Assembly: GCF_050704245.1 (NCBI RefSeq)
Contig: NZ_CP077585.1
DNA from: Escherichia coli O111:H8
GTDB lineage: Bacteria; Pseudomonadota; Gammaproteobacteria; Enterobacterales; Enterobacteriaceae
Direction: 5' to 3' (one strand)
Length of the DNA stretch: 32,000 nucleotides
Below are positions 18,818 through 27,656 of this stretch, one piece after another. Below the pieces are notes generated by a model that made no database searches, was not told the origin of the DNA, and worked only from the letters and a program-made list of their open reading frames with translations. The translations under genes were made by a program, and so were the position numbers. Positions within the stretch are counted from its first letter, which is position 1. Each line of letters opens with the position of its first letter.

Positions 18818-20038
18818 TTAATACGATAGCGGAATATGTATATATTCGTCTGGGCGGGAGATGTTGATACCATCTTTAGGATCAATCGCGTCTATGACAT
18901 AGCCTCCTTTCAGAATGCTACCAATTCCCAGGCTTGTACCGTTATCAAGAGCAATTGTTGGATTCGTCATCGTGCCGCTGATTCTGAGTATTTTTCCAGG
19001 AAAGATATCTGCTGAAATGTACGGTTGAATATTCTGAAATAGTATCTTTACGTTACTATTTTTGTTCATTGCATTTATAATGGCAAGGATCTTACTCTCG
19101 TTCTGTTGAGAAACTTCCCCCGCAACAATGATGACATCATTCTTTTTGAAAATATTGACATAGTTTATTAATTTATTCTTCTTAAACTCTGATGCCAGTT
19201 CATTGATTTTATTGTTACTGTTGTTGTGTATTTCCCATCCAGCAACTCCCGGCGTATTCAGTAACAGATTTTCAACTTCGCTCCATTTGGGTGAAGGGGG
19301 AATGTATCCCGATAACAGAAAGAATCCAGGCTTATTACCTTTTGTAATGATGATATCTTTATAACCGTATTCCGTTAAAATATCATTAATTGCGGATATG
19401 ATTTGGTTATTGCAAATGATATTATTGTAATAAAAAATATTATTTTCTTTCAGGTAATTGAAAAATGGAGTTAAATCCGTGGTTGATTCGCAACGCCCAT
19501 AAAGCGCGATATTTTTCCCATGCCATACCAGGGTGATTGCATAAAGTTTGTTTTCTTTTAGCTGCTGATATACATCAGCTCTGGTAAACGTTGGGAGTTC
19601 AGCTTTTGGGGAAAGCAAAACGTAACTGCCGATGGCTCCAGACAACGCAATAGCGGCACCAATCACGCCTGCCAGGATAAGACGCTTTTTGCGTTGATTC
19701 CTGGCAGAGAACCTTTCTGGCATATCAGACAATGGCAGGGCGTGGTCAATATCACCAATGATGAAGCCACACCCCGCTATATCGATGACCTTTCCGATAG
19801 GTAATGGTTGATCTGCTTCATAGGGAGTGGGCTGTCCATCAATCCAAAATTCAATTGGAGATAAAAGGAAAACACCTTCCTCACGTATATCAAGTAAAAA
19901 CTGATTGAGGCCTTGTTCAAGGGGAAAGTAAACAATATCGTTATCTTCTGTGCCTATCGTTAGGTTTCCCATCGGAAGTTGTAATTCCCGATTACGCATT
20001 GCACCATTGAGAAGTTTTATTTTATATGAGGATAACAT
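18818..20038 (-). CDS. escD: EscD, T3SS inner-membrane ring protein (YscD/PrgH family, FHA-like N-terminus)
   Basis: 406 aa with a single central TM helix (LILAGVIGAAIALSGAIGSYVLL). It lies between eae and sepL on the opposite strand. Confidence 0.92.
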   Translation of the reverse strand: MLSSYKIKLLNGAMRNRELQLPMGNLTIGTEDNDIVYFPLEQGLNQFLLDIREEGVFLLSPIEFWIDGQPTPYEADQPLPIGKVIDIAGCGFIIGDIDHALPLSDMPERFSARNQRKKRLILAGVIGAAIALSGAIGSYVLLSPKAELPTFTRADVYQQLKENKLYAITLVWHGKNIALYGRCESTTDLTPFFNYLKENNIFYYNNIICNNQIISAINDILTEYGYKDIIITKGNKPGFFLLSGYIPPSPKWSEVENLLLNTPGVAGWEIHNNSNNKINELASEFKKNKLINYVNIFKKNDVIIVAGEVSQQNESKILAIINAMNKNSNVKILFQNIQPYISADIFPGKILRISGTMTNPTIALDNGTSLGIGSILKGGYVIDAIDPKDGINISRPDEYIHIPLSY

Positions 20039-20180
20039 TTTTAAATTTTATTCGTCCTGGTGGTTGAACAATGAGAAAAAATATGGTGAACTTACACTGA
20101 CTAAGAATAGAGTAGAAAGGAAGCTGTTGTACAGTACTATTTAATGGAATATTCATAATTAATGTTTACGTGAGTTTCCA
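20039..20180. promoter_or_regulatory. escD / LEE4 (sepL) divergent promoter region
   Basis: A 142-bp spacer lies between divergent escD and sepL. Established LEE biology places the LEE4 promoter upstream of sepL. Confidence 0.5.
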
Positions 20181-21236
20181 ATGGCTAATGGTATTGAATT
20201 TAATCAAAACACCGCATCTATTTTCAATTCTAATTCATTAGATTTTGAATTGGAATCTCAACAATTAACGCAAAAAAGCTCTTCTAATAGCAATTCTCCA
20301 TTATTAAATTTACAAAATGAATTAGCGATGATTACCAGTTCGTCGCTTTCTGAAACGATTGAAGGGCTAAGCCTAGGGTATCGCAAAGGTAGCGCCAGGA
20401 AAGAAGAGGAAGGTACGACAACGGAGAAGCTGCTCAATGATATGCAAGAGCTGCTTACTCTGACCGATAGCGATAAACTAAAAGAACTATCATTAAAGAA
20501 CAGTGGGCTGCTGGAACAGCATGATCCTAACTTGGCTATGTTTGGTAATATGCCAAAAGGGGAAATTGTCGCGCTCATATCTTCTCTATTGCAATCAAAG
20601 TTTGTTAAGATTGAATTAAAAAAGAAATATGCCAAATTATTATTAGAATTATTAGGCGAAGATGATTGGGAGTTGGCTCTGCTTTCCTGGTTAGGGGTGG
20701 GTGAGTTAAATCAGGAAGGTATCCAGAAGATCAAGAAGCTTTATGAAAAGGCTAAGGACGAGGACTCTGAAAACGGAGCCTCTTTACTTGACTGGTTTAT
20801 GGAGGTCAAGGATCTTCCAGAGCGTGAGAAGCACTTAAAGGTTATTATTAGGGCGCTATCGTTCGATCTTTCTTATATGTCTTCTTTTGAAGACAAGGTA
20901 AAAACATCTTCAATTATTAGCGATTTATGCCGGATAATCGTTTTTTTATCGCTTGATAACTATACAGATATTATTGCAATCTCCATTAAGAAAGATAAAG
21001 ATGTCATTTTAAATGAAGTGTTATCTATTATTGAACATGTATGGCTAACAGAAGACTGGCTACTGGAAAGCCCTTCTCGGGTATCGATAGTCGAAGATAA
21101 ACATGTTTATTATTTCCATTTATTGAAAGACTTTTTTGCATCATTACCCGATGCTTGTTTTATTGATAACGAGCAGAGGGATAATACATTATTAATGATT
21201 GGCAAAGTAATTGATTATAAGGAGGATGTTATGTGA
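20181..21236 (+). CDS. sepL: SepL, T3SS gatekeeper (YopN/TyeA-MxiC family)
   Basis: 351 aa (MANGIEFNQNTASIFNSNSLDFELESQQLTQK...) and the first gene of LEE4. Confidence 0.95.
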   Translation: MANGIEFNQNTASIFNSNSLDFELESQQLTQKSSSNSNSPLLNLQNELAMITSSSLSETIEGLSLGYRKGSARKEEEGTTTEKLLNDMQELLTLTDSDKLKELSLKNSGLLEQHDPNLAMFGNMPKGEIVALISSLLQSKFVKIELKKKYAKLLLELLGEDDWELALLSWLGVGELNQEGIQKIKKLYEKAKDEDSENGASLLDWFMEVKDLPEREKHLKVIIRALSFDLSYMSSFEDKVKTSSIISDLCRIIVFLSLDNYTDIIAISIKKDKDVILNEVLSIIEHVWLTEDWLLESPSRVSIVEDKHVYYFHLLKDFFASLPDACFIDNEQRDNTLLMIGKVIDYKEDVM

Positions 21237-21294
21237 TTTAATTGTTTTTTAATAGTTTTTGTCATGCTAAAAAAGATTATTAAGAGGTATATAC

Positions 21295-21873
21295 ATGGAT
21301 ACATTAAATACAGCATCAGTTGCTAGTACGAATGCGAGTACTTCGACATCGCTGACCTATGATTTAGGGAGCATGTCGAAAGATCAGGTTGTTGAACTAT
21401 TCAATAAACTCGGTGTTTTTCAGGCTGCGCTTCTCATGTTTTCCTATATGTATCAGGCACAAAGCGATCTGTCGATTGCAAAGTTTGCTGATATGAATGA
21501 GGCATCTAAGGCGTCAACCACTGCCCAAAAAATGGCGAATCTTGTGGATGCTAAAATTGCTGAGGTTCAGAGTAGCTCCGACAAGAATGCGAAGGCTCAA
21601 CTTCCTAAAGAAGTGCTTGACTATATAAATGATCCTCGCAATGACGTTACAATAAGTGGTATTACCGATCTAAATGCTGCATTAGGCGCTGGTGATTTGC
21701 AAACGGTGAAAGCAGCTATTTCAGCTCAAGCGAATAATTTGACAACGACGGTGAATAATAGCCAGCTTGAAATACAGCAAATGTCAAATACGTTAAACCT
21801 ATTAACGAGTGCACGTTCTGATATGCAGTCACTGCAATTCAGAACTATATCATCAATATCCCTTGGTAAATAA
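21295..21873 (+). CDS. espA: EspA, T3SS filament protein
   Basis: 192 aa with a C-terminal coiled-coil region (NNSQLEIQQMSNTLNLLTSARSDMQSLQFRTISSISLGK). Confidence 0.96.
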   Translation: MDTLNTASVASTNASTSTSLTYDLGSMSKDQVVELFNKLGVFQAALLMFSYMYQAQSDLSIAKFADMNEASKASTTAQKMANLVDAKIAEVQSSSDKNAKAQLPKEVLDYINDPRNDVTISGITDLNAALGAGDLQTVKAAISAQANNLTTTVNNSQLEIQQMSNTLNLLTSARSDMQSLQFRTISSISLGK

Positions 21874-21885
21874 CCGGAGATAACT

Positions 21886-23028
21886 ATGCTTAATGTAAAT
21901 AGCGATATCCAGTCTGTGATGTCTGGGGTCAGTGCCGCTACGACTACTTCAGGTATTAATCAACCTGGAGGGTCTTCCGCGCTGGATTTACAGCTGGTTA
22001 AATCCGCTGCCCCATCAGCAAGTTGGACAGAAAGTACCGCTTTACCAACGCCGCCGGCAGGCCACTCATTAGTGACGCCCTCTGTTGCTGAAGATGTTTT
22101 GAGCAAACTTTTTGGCGGCATTAGTGGTGATGTTATGAGCCGCACTAGTGGGACAGAACCACAGAGTAGTACACAAAGTACAACCTCTGGCTATCCTTAT
22201 CTTTCTCAGGTGAATAAGGTTGACCCTCAGACAATGATGATGATGGCCACTCTGTTATCCCTGGATGCCTCAGCGCAGAAAGTTGCGAGTATGAAGAACT
22301 CCAACGAGATCTACAAGGATGGACAAAATCAAGCGCTGGAAAATAAAACTCTGGAATTTAAAAAACAGCTTGAAGAACAACAGAAAGCCGAAGAGAAAGC
22401 ACAAAAAAGTAAAATTGTTGGTCAGGTCTTTGGTTGGTTAGGGGTTGCGGTAACTGCTGTTGCAGCTATTTTTAACCCAGCTCTCTGGGCTGTTGTTGCT
22501 GTTAGTGCAACAGCAATGGCGCTGCAAACTGCGGTTGATGTTATGGGCGATAAGGCTCCGCAGGCGTTAAAAACAGCAGCGCAAGCTTTTGGCGGTCTAT
22601 CTCTTGCCGCAGGTATTCTGACAGCCGGCATTGGCGGGGTGTCTTCACTTATGTCTAAAGTTGGCGATGTGGCTGGCAAAGTGGGTTCAAACATCGTAAA
22701 AGCGGTCACTACGTTGGCCGACACTCTTGTCGAAAACGTTGCATCGAAAATTTCGGCTGTGGCAAATGGTTTAACCACTTCTTCGCGCTCTATTGGTACA
22801 ACTGTGCTGAATAATGACGCAGCGAATCATAATCTGTTATCACAGATTTCTTCTTTTGTTGTGGAAAATTTAACTCGACAAAGTGAAAGCTTAAGTCAGA
22901 GTGCGAAGGCAGAGCTGGATAAAGCCGCACTCGAGGTGCAAAACCAGGCGAATTATATACAGAGTGCTTCTAAGCTAATTTCTGATTCTGCGCGAGTGAA
23001 TAGCCGTATTGTCAGCGGTCGAGTTTAA
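21886..23028 (+). CDS. espD: EspD, major translocon pore protein
   Basis: 380 aa with central hydrophobic helices (IVGQVFGWLGVAVTAVAAIFNPALWAVVAVSATAMAL). Confidence 0.95.
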   Translation: MLNVNSDIQSVMSGVSAATTTSGINQPGGSSALDLQLVKSAAPSASWTESTALPTPPAGHSLVTPSVAEDVLSKLFGGISGDVMSRTSGTEPQSSTQSTTSGYPYLSQVNKVDPQTMMMMATLLSLDASAQKVASMKNSNEIYKDGQNQALENKTLEFKKQLEEQQKAEEKAQKSKIVGQVFGWLGVAVTAVAAIFNPALWAVVAVSATAMALQTAVDVMGDKAPQALKTAAQAFGGLSLAAGILTAGIGGVSSLMSKVGDVAGKVGSNIVKAVTTLADTLVENVASKISAVANGLTTSSRSIGTTVLNNDAANHNLLSQISSFVVENLTRQSESLSQSAKAELDKAALEVQNQANYIQSASKLISDSARVNSRIVSGRV

Positions 23029-23048
23029 TTGTTAAAGAGGCGTTTATA

Positions 23049-24011
23049 ATGAATACTATCGATAATAACAATGCGGCAATCGCAGTTAATTCTGTTTTGA
23101 GCAGCACGACTGGCAGCGCCAGTTCAACAACGACATCAACCTCGTCAATCAGTTCATCTTTACTTACTGATGGCAGAGTGGATATTTCTAGGCTTCTGCT
23201 GGAGATTCAAAAACTGTTGCGTGAGATGGTCACCACATTGCAAGATTATCTTCAGAAGCAATTGGCGCAAAGCTATGACATCCAACTAGCCGTTTTTGAG
23301 AGCCAAAATAAAGCTATTAGTGAGAAAAAAGCCGGTGCGACAGCTGCTCTGATTGGTGGTGCTATCTCATCTGTCCTGGGGATTTTAGGCTCTTTTGCTG
23401 CCATTAATAGCGCAACGAAAGGAGCGAGTGATGCCGTTCAGCAAGCCGCTTCTACTTCTGCGAAGTCTATCAGTACAGCCTCTGAAGCTTCAACTAAAGC
23501 ACTGGCGAAGGCTTCCGAAAGTATTGCAGATGCAGCAGATGATGCAGCCTCAGTGCAGCAAACTATCGCGGCAGCTGCAAAAGCGGCCAGTCGTACATCT
23601 GGTGTCACTGATGATGTGGCTGCTTCTGCTCAGAAAGCTTCTCAAGTAGCTGAAGAGGCTGCTGGTGCTGCTCAAGAATTAGCAGAGAAGGCAGGATTAT
23701 TAAGTCGCTTTACTGCTGCTGCTGGAAGGATTTCCGGTTCTACGTCATTTATTGTTGTTACCAGCCTTGCTGAAGGTACGAAAACATTGCCAACAACGAT
23801 ATCTGAATCTGTCAAGTCCAATCATGATATCAGTGAGCAGCGTGCTAAATCTGTAGAAAATCTCCAGGCGTCGAATTTAGAGAACTACAAACAGGATGTT
23901 CGCAGAACGCAGGATGATATCTCTAGCCGTCTGCGTGATATGACAACGACAGCCCGTGACCTTACCGACCTTATTAATCGCCTGGGGCAATCGGCTCGCT
24001 TAGCTGGGTAA
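23049..24011 (+). CDS. espB: EspB, minor translocon protein / effector
   Basis: 320 aa, Ala/Ser/Thr-rich, with one TM segment (ALIGGAISSVLGILGSFAAI). Confidence 0.95.
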   Translation: MNTIDNNNAAIAVNSVLSSTTGSASSTTTSTSSISSSLLTDGRVDISRLLLEIQKLLREMVTTLQDYLQKQLAQSYDIQLAVFESQNKAISEKKAGATAALIGGAISSVLGILGSFAAINSATKGASDAVQQAASTSAKSISTASEASTKALAKASESIADAADDAASVQQTIAAAAKAASRTSGVTDDVAASAQKASQVAEEAAGAAQELAEKAGLLSRFTAAAGRISGSTSFIVVTSLAEGTKTLPTTISESVKSNHDISEQRAKSVENLQASNLENYKQDVRRTQDDISSRLRDMTTTARDLTDLINRLGQSARLAG

Positions 24012-24017
24012 TTGATC

Positions 24018-24425
24018 ATGGTCGATACGTTTAATGATGAAGTGCTTAATCACTATCTTGAACAAAAAGGGTACACAATACAGAAGGAGTTTCTTTGTGG
24101 CAGTGCCTTTTTTATCGGATGGCGGATTGAGACACCTTTTTTCTCATTAGCGTACAGACTGGATGAACAAGAACTGATTTTGTGCTCTTTTGAAGCACGT
24201 AACCAAACAGGGCTTAACGGCCCTGTTTTATCACTGACTCGTTTGCTCGAAGAGTTGTATCACCATTTTTCGGGTATTAAGAAAATCAGTGCGATGAAAT
24301 CTAAGATTGGTTCAGATTCAGAACGTCAAAAGCGCGAAGAGTTGTTTAATTATTTCATCAGAAAGGGTGCCGTGCAGCAAGAAACAGAAGACGGAATTTG
24401 GTTCATAATGAATGTAAATAGTTAG
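24018..24425 (+). CDS. cesD2: CesD2, second chaperone for EspD
   Basis: The ORF opens at a TTG at 24012. The ATG at 24018 (MVDTFNDEVLNHYLEQKGY...) gives the expected 135 aa. It abuts the espB stop. Confidence 0.88.
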   Translation: MVDTFNDEVLNHYLEQKGYTIQKEFLCGSAFFIGWRIETPFFSLAYRLDEQELILCSFEARNQTGLNGPVLSLTRLLEELYHHFSGIKKISAMKSKIGSDSERQKREELFNYFIRKGAVQQETEDGIWFIMNVNS

Positions 24426-24459
24426 GGATTTTTATTTTATTAACTATTAAGGAGATTTA

Positions 24460-24681
24460 ATGAATTTATCTGAAATTACTCAACAAATGGGTGAGGTAGG
24501 TAAAACACTGAGCGATTCTGTGCCAGAGTTACTTAATAGCACCGATTTGGTTAATGACCCTGAAAAAATGTTAGAGTTGCAGTTTGCGGTTCAGCAATAT
24601 TCTGCTTATGTTAACGTAGAAAGTGGAATGCTGAAAACGATAAAAGATCTGGTCTCAACCATTTCCAACCGTAGCTTTTAA
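24460..24681 (+). CDS. escF: EscF, T3SS needle subunit
   Basis: 73 aa of the MxiH/PrgI/YscF family with an AAGGAG RBS. The C-terminus reads ...KDLVSTISNRSF. Confidence 0.95.
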   Translation: MNLSEITQQMGEVGKTLSDSVPELLNSTDLVNDPEKMLELQFAVQQYSAYVNVESGMLKTIKDLVSTISNRSF

Positions 24682-24686
24682 TTTTT

Positions 24687-24965
24687 ATGGTTAATGATGT
24701 TTCTGCCAATAAGATACTGGTGTGGGCAGCTGTAGCCGCGGCAAATCATAAGCTTCCCAAATATGCGGAAGCTATCCTGAATGTATTTCCGCAAATTATA
24801 CCTGATAAAAAAGATATCGCACATTTAGAATTTATTATCTTATTCGGATTAAATAGAAAAAATGATGCGGTAAAGGCTTTGGAGAACTGTATGGATGATG
24901 AGACGAGTCAGTTATTGTACAGTTTGGTCCATGAGAATGGTAGTGGCTGGGTACGAGGATTTTAA
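24687..24965 (+). CDS. escG: EscG (Orf29), needle-subunit co-chaperone (YscG-like TPR)
   Basis: 92 aa, located immediately after escF. Confidence 0.8.
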   Translation: MVNDVSANKILVWAAVAAANHKLPKYAEAILNVFPQIIPDKKDIAHLEFIILFGLNRKNDAVKALENCMDDETSQLLYSLVHENGSGWVRGF

Positions 24966-25160
24966 TTTATATTGATTTAAAATAATTTAATTATTTGTTT
25001 TGATATATTATGAGAGTTCGCCAGGCATTCATCATATCAGAATGATAAATACAGCTGTACAAAAGTATTCATATTTCCATATGCATTTAATTTAATGAGT
25101 TATAGTTTTAATATGAATTAATAATAACCCCAATTAATTAGATATAAAGAGACATAAATT

Positions 25161-25949
25161 ATGCTTAATGGAATTAGTAACGCTGTTTCTACAATAGGGC
25201 TGCATCTTAGAGGTGTCGCAAGTCGAGTGGGCTCTGCGGGGGTATCTGGATTTTCTGTAGCCCCTCAGACTGTGCGTCTTACTCCGGTGAGATTTCATTC
25301 CCCTTTTTCTCCAGGTTCGTCGAATATTAATGCGAGAACGACTTTTAATATGAGTCATATGAGTCAGATGAGTCAGATGAGTCGTATGAGTCAGATGGCG
25401 ACTTCATTTACTCCTACTCGCCCGGCACCACCGCCACCGACAAGTGGACAGGCATCCGGGTCTGCCGGGCTACCGCCCATTGCACAGGCATTAAAAGATC
25501 ATTTAGCTGCCTATGAACTATCGAAAGCGTCTGAGACTGTAAGCTTTAAGCCAACCCGTCAGGCACCCCCGCCACCAACAAGTGGACAGGCATCCGAGTC
25601 TGGTGGACTACCGCCCATTGCACAGGCATTAAAAGATCATTTAGCTGCCTATGAACTATCGAAAGCGTCTGAGACTGTAAGCTTTAAGCCAACCCGTCAG
25701 GCACCCCCGCCACCAACAAGTGGACAGGCATCCGAGTCTGGTGGACTACCGCCCATTGCACAGGCATTAAAAGATCATTTAGCTGCCTATGAACTATCGA
25801 AAGCGTCTGAGACTGTAAGCTTTAAGCCAACCCGTCAGGCACCCCCGCCACCAACAAGTGGACAGGCATCCGAGTCTGGTGGACTACCGCCCATTGCACA
25901 GGCATTAAAAGATCATTTAGCTGCCTATGAGCAATCGAAAAAAGTATAA
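25161..25949 (+). CDS. espF: EspF, multifunctional proline-rich-repeat effector
   Basis: 262 aa with the conserved N-terminus MLNGISNAVSTIGLHLRGVASRV. It carries four proline-rich modules (RxAPPPP SH3-binding motif plus LPPIAQALKDHLAAYE N-WASP-binding helix). Confidence 0.96.
   Translation: MLNGISNAVSTIGLHLRGVASRVGSAGVSGFSVAPQTVRLTPVRFHSPFSPGSSNINARTTFNMSHMSQMSQMSRMSQMATSFTPTRPAPPPPTSGQASGSAGLPPIAQALKDHLAAYELSKASETVSFKPTRQAPPPPTSGQASESGGLPPIAQALKDHLAAYELSKASETVSFKPTRQAPPPPTSGQASESGGLPPIAQALKDHLAAYELSKASETVSFKPTRQAPPPPTSGQASESGGLPPIAQALKDHLAAYEQSKKV
25350..25397 (+). repeat. 9-bp tandem repeat (ATGAGTCRK, 5.3 copies) inside espF
   Basis: Read directly as atgagtcat atgagtcag atgagtcag atgagtcgt atgagtcag atg. 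In frame it encodes MSHMSQMSQMSRMSQM. Confidence 0.95.
25410..25949 (+). repeat. 138-bp tandem repeat, about 3.9 copies (EspF proline-rich modules)
   Basis: Unit starts are at 25410 (a diverged copy), 25548, 25686 and 25824. Copies 2 and 3 look nucleotide-identical by eye. Copy 4 is identical until ctatga|gcaatcg, near the stop. Confidence 0.93.
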
Positions 25950-26028
25950 TCAACTAATTTAAAACGATTAACCGGTGTTGATTATTTATTTGCCAACTAA
26001 TAAAAGCCGATATCAAACTGTGTAGTAA

Positions 26029-26155
26029 TATACTCGTCATACTTCAAGTTGCATGTGTTGCGACTGCGTTCGCTCCCCCCAGTCACTTACTTATGTAAGC
26101 TTCTGGGGGTTCACTCGCTTGCCACCTTCCTGCAATTCGAATTATTTAGAGTATA
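26029..26155 (-). repeat. ERIC / IRU (enterobacterial repetitive intergenic consensus) element, about 127 bp
   Basis: It contains cgctccccccagtcacttact (reverse complement of the ERIC2 primer core, 1 mismatch). It also contains atgtaagcttctgggggttcac (the ERIC1R core, 2 mismatches). The ends are the palindromic tatactc...gagtata. Confidence 0.85.
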
Positions 26156-26313
26156 AATATAATTAGTAATATCGGTTTTTATTGGGGGGATTGTAATTAA
26201 TAATGTATTATTATACGGTGAAAGTGGAGAAAGGGGCGTTTTGTTAAAAGCGCACATAGCTCAAAAGTCTGTTCGCTATTGATTGTGATAATCTGAAAGG
26301 CTGTAAACTCAGG

Positions 26314-26398
26314 TGTACTGGCAATAGCGGACACAACCATTTGTTCTTTTTTTACGCAGTTATCTGATAATATTTTCCTGAAGGCTGCCGGGGAGATA
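26314..26398 (+). mobile_element. Possible left-end remnant of a second IS3-family element
   Basis: TGTACTGGCAATAGCGGACAC shares the core GCAATAGYGGACAC with the IS3 left inverted repeat 85 bp downstream. There is no ORF, and IS3 abuts it directly. Confidence 0.35.
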
Positions 26399-26463
26399 TG
26401 ATCTTACCCAGCAATAGTGGACACGCGGCTAAGTGAGTAAACTCTCAGTCAGAGGTGACTCAC

Positions 26464-26763
26464 ATGACAAAAACAGTATCAACCAGTAAAAAACCCCGTA
26501 AACAGCATTCGCCTGAATTTCGCAGTGAAGCCCTGAAGCTTGCTGAACGCATCGGTGTTACTGCCGCAGCCCGTGAACTCAGCCTGTATGAATCACAGCT
26601 CTACAACTGGCGCAGTAAACAGCAAAATCAGCAGACGTCTTCTGAACGTGAACTGGAGATGTCTACCGAGATTGCACGTCTCAAACGCCAGCTGGCAGAA
26701 CGGGATGAAGAGCTGGCTATCCTCCAAAAGGCCGCGACATACTTCGCGAAGCGCCTGAAATGA
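26464..26763 (+). CDS. insE: IS3 OrfA (InsE-like, HTH/leucine zipper)
   Basis: [50 protein letters not shown]..., 99 aa from the ATG at 26464. The track ORF opens at an upstream GTG. Confidence 0.9.
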   Translation: MTKTVSTSKKPRKQHSPEFRSEALKLAERIGVTAAARELSLYESQLYNWRSKQQNQQTSSERELEMSTEIARLKRQLAERDEELAILQKAATYFAKRLK

Positions 26764-27626
26764 AGTATGTCTTTATTGAAAAACATCAGGCTGAGTTCAG
26801 CATCAAAGCAATGTGCCGCGTGCTCCGGGTGGCCCGCAGCGGCTGGTATACGTGGTGTCAGCGGCGGACAAGGATAAGCACGCGTCAGCAGTTCCGCCAA
26901 CACTGCGACAGCGTTGTCCTCGCGGCTTTTACCCGGTCAAAACAGCGTTACGGTGCCCCACGCCTGACGGATGAACTGCGTGCTCAGGGTTACCCCTTTA
27001 ACGTAAAAACCGTGGCGGCAAGCCTGCGCCGTCAGGGACTGAGGGCAAAGGCCTCCCGGAAGTTCAGCCCGGTCAGCTACCGCGCACACGGCCTGCCTGT
27101 GTCAGAAAATCTGTTGGAGCAGGATTTTTACGCCAGTGGCCCGAACCAGAAGTGGGCAGGAGACATCACGTACTTACGTACAGATGAAGGCTGGCTGTAT
27201 CTGGCAGTGGTCATTGACCTGTGGTCACGTGCCGTTATTGGCTGGTCAATGTCGCCACGCATGACGGCGCAACTGGCCTGCGATGCCCTGCAGATGGCGC
27301 TGTGGTGGCGTAAGAGGCCCCGGAACGTTATCGTTCACACGGACCGTGGAGGCCAGTACTGTTCAGCAGATTATCAGGCGCAACTGAAGCGGCATAATCT
27401 GCGTGGAAGTATGAGCGCAAAAGGTTGCTGCTACGATAATGCCTGCGTGGAAAGCTTCTTTCATTCGCTGAAAGTGGAATGTATCCATGGAGAACACTTT
27501 ATCAGCCGGGAAATAATGCGGGCAACGGTATTTAATTATATCGAATGTGATTACAATCGGTGGCGGCGGCACAGTTGGTGTGGCGGCCTCAGTCCGGAAC
27601 AATTTGAAAACAAGAACCTCGCTTAG
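26760..27626 (+). CDS. insF: IS3 OrfB (InsF-like DDE transposase domain, normally made as an OrfAB -1 frameshift fusion)
   Basis: 288 aa ([36 protein letters not shown]...) with a DDE core (WAGDITY...HTDRGGQY...[11 protein letters not shown]). It overlaps orfA at ATGA in the -1 frame. Confidence 0.92.
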   Translation: MKYVFIEKHQAEFSIKAMCRVLRVARSGWYTWCQRRTRISTRQQFRQHCDSVVLAAFTRSKQRYGAPRLTDELRAQGYPFNVKTVAASLRRQGLRAKASRKFSPVSYRAHGLPVSENLLEQDFYASGPNQKWAGDITYLRTDEGWLYLAVVIDLWSRAVIGWSMSPRMTAQLACDALQMALWWRKRPRNVIVHTDRGGQYCSADYQAQLKRHNLRGSMSAKGCCYDNACVESFFHSLKVECIHGEHFISREIMRATVFNYIECDYNRWRRHSWCGGLSPEQFENKNLA

Positions 27627-27656
27627 GCCTGTGTCCATATTACGTGGGTAGGATCA

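Larger units (their letters stand above)
26399..27656 (+). mobile_element. IS3, complete copy (1258 bp)
   Basis: The left end reads TGATCTTACCCAGCAATAGTGGACACGCGG and the right end reads ...GTGTCCATATTACGTGGGTAGGATCA. The span equals the known 1258-bp IS3 length. The orfA/orfB products match E. coli InsE/InsF as I recall them. The region is visibly more GC-rich than the LEE. Confidence 0.93.

Noticed and set aside
21960-23649. ORFs 21960..22145 and 22422..22778 (antisense to espD) and 23395..23649 (alternate frame of espB)
   Set aside because: They lie in Ala-rich, GC-richer parts of the translocon genes, where stop codons are rare in other frames. There is no RBS or family resemblance.
25134-25358. 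74-aa minus-strand ORF opposite the espF 5' end
   Set aside because: It is antisense to the conserved EspF N-terminus. The Arg/Ser/Lys-rich product is typical of antisense translation.
25410-25949. Regular 138-bp repeats that could superficially resemble a repeat array
   Set aside because: They lie in frame inside espF and encode its known proline-rich modules. No unique spacers separate the units, so this is not a CRISPR array.
26540-27638. ORFs 26540..26758, 26628..26903 and 27363..27638 within IS3, plus 31170..31407 on both strands within the IS630-like element
   Set aside because: They are alternate-frame or antisense ORFs in GC-rich IS sequence. The genuine transposase frames are clear.
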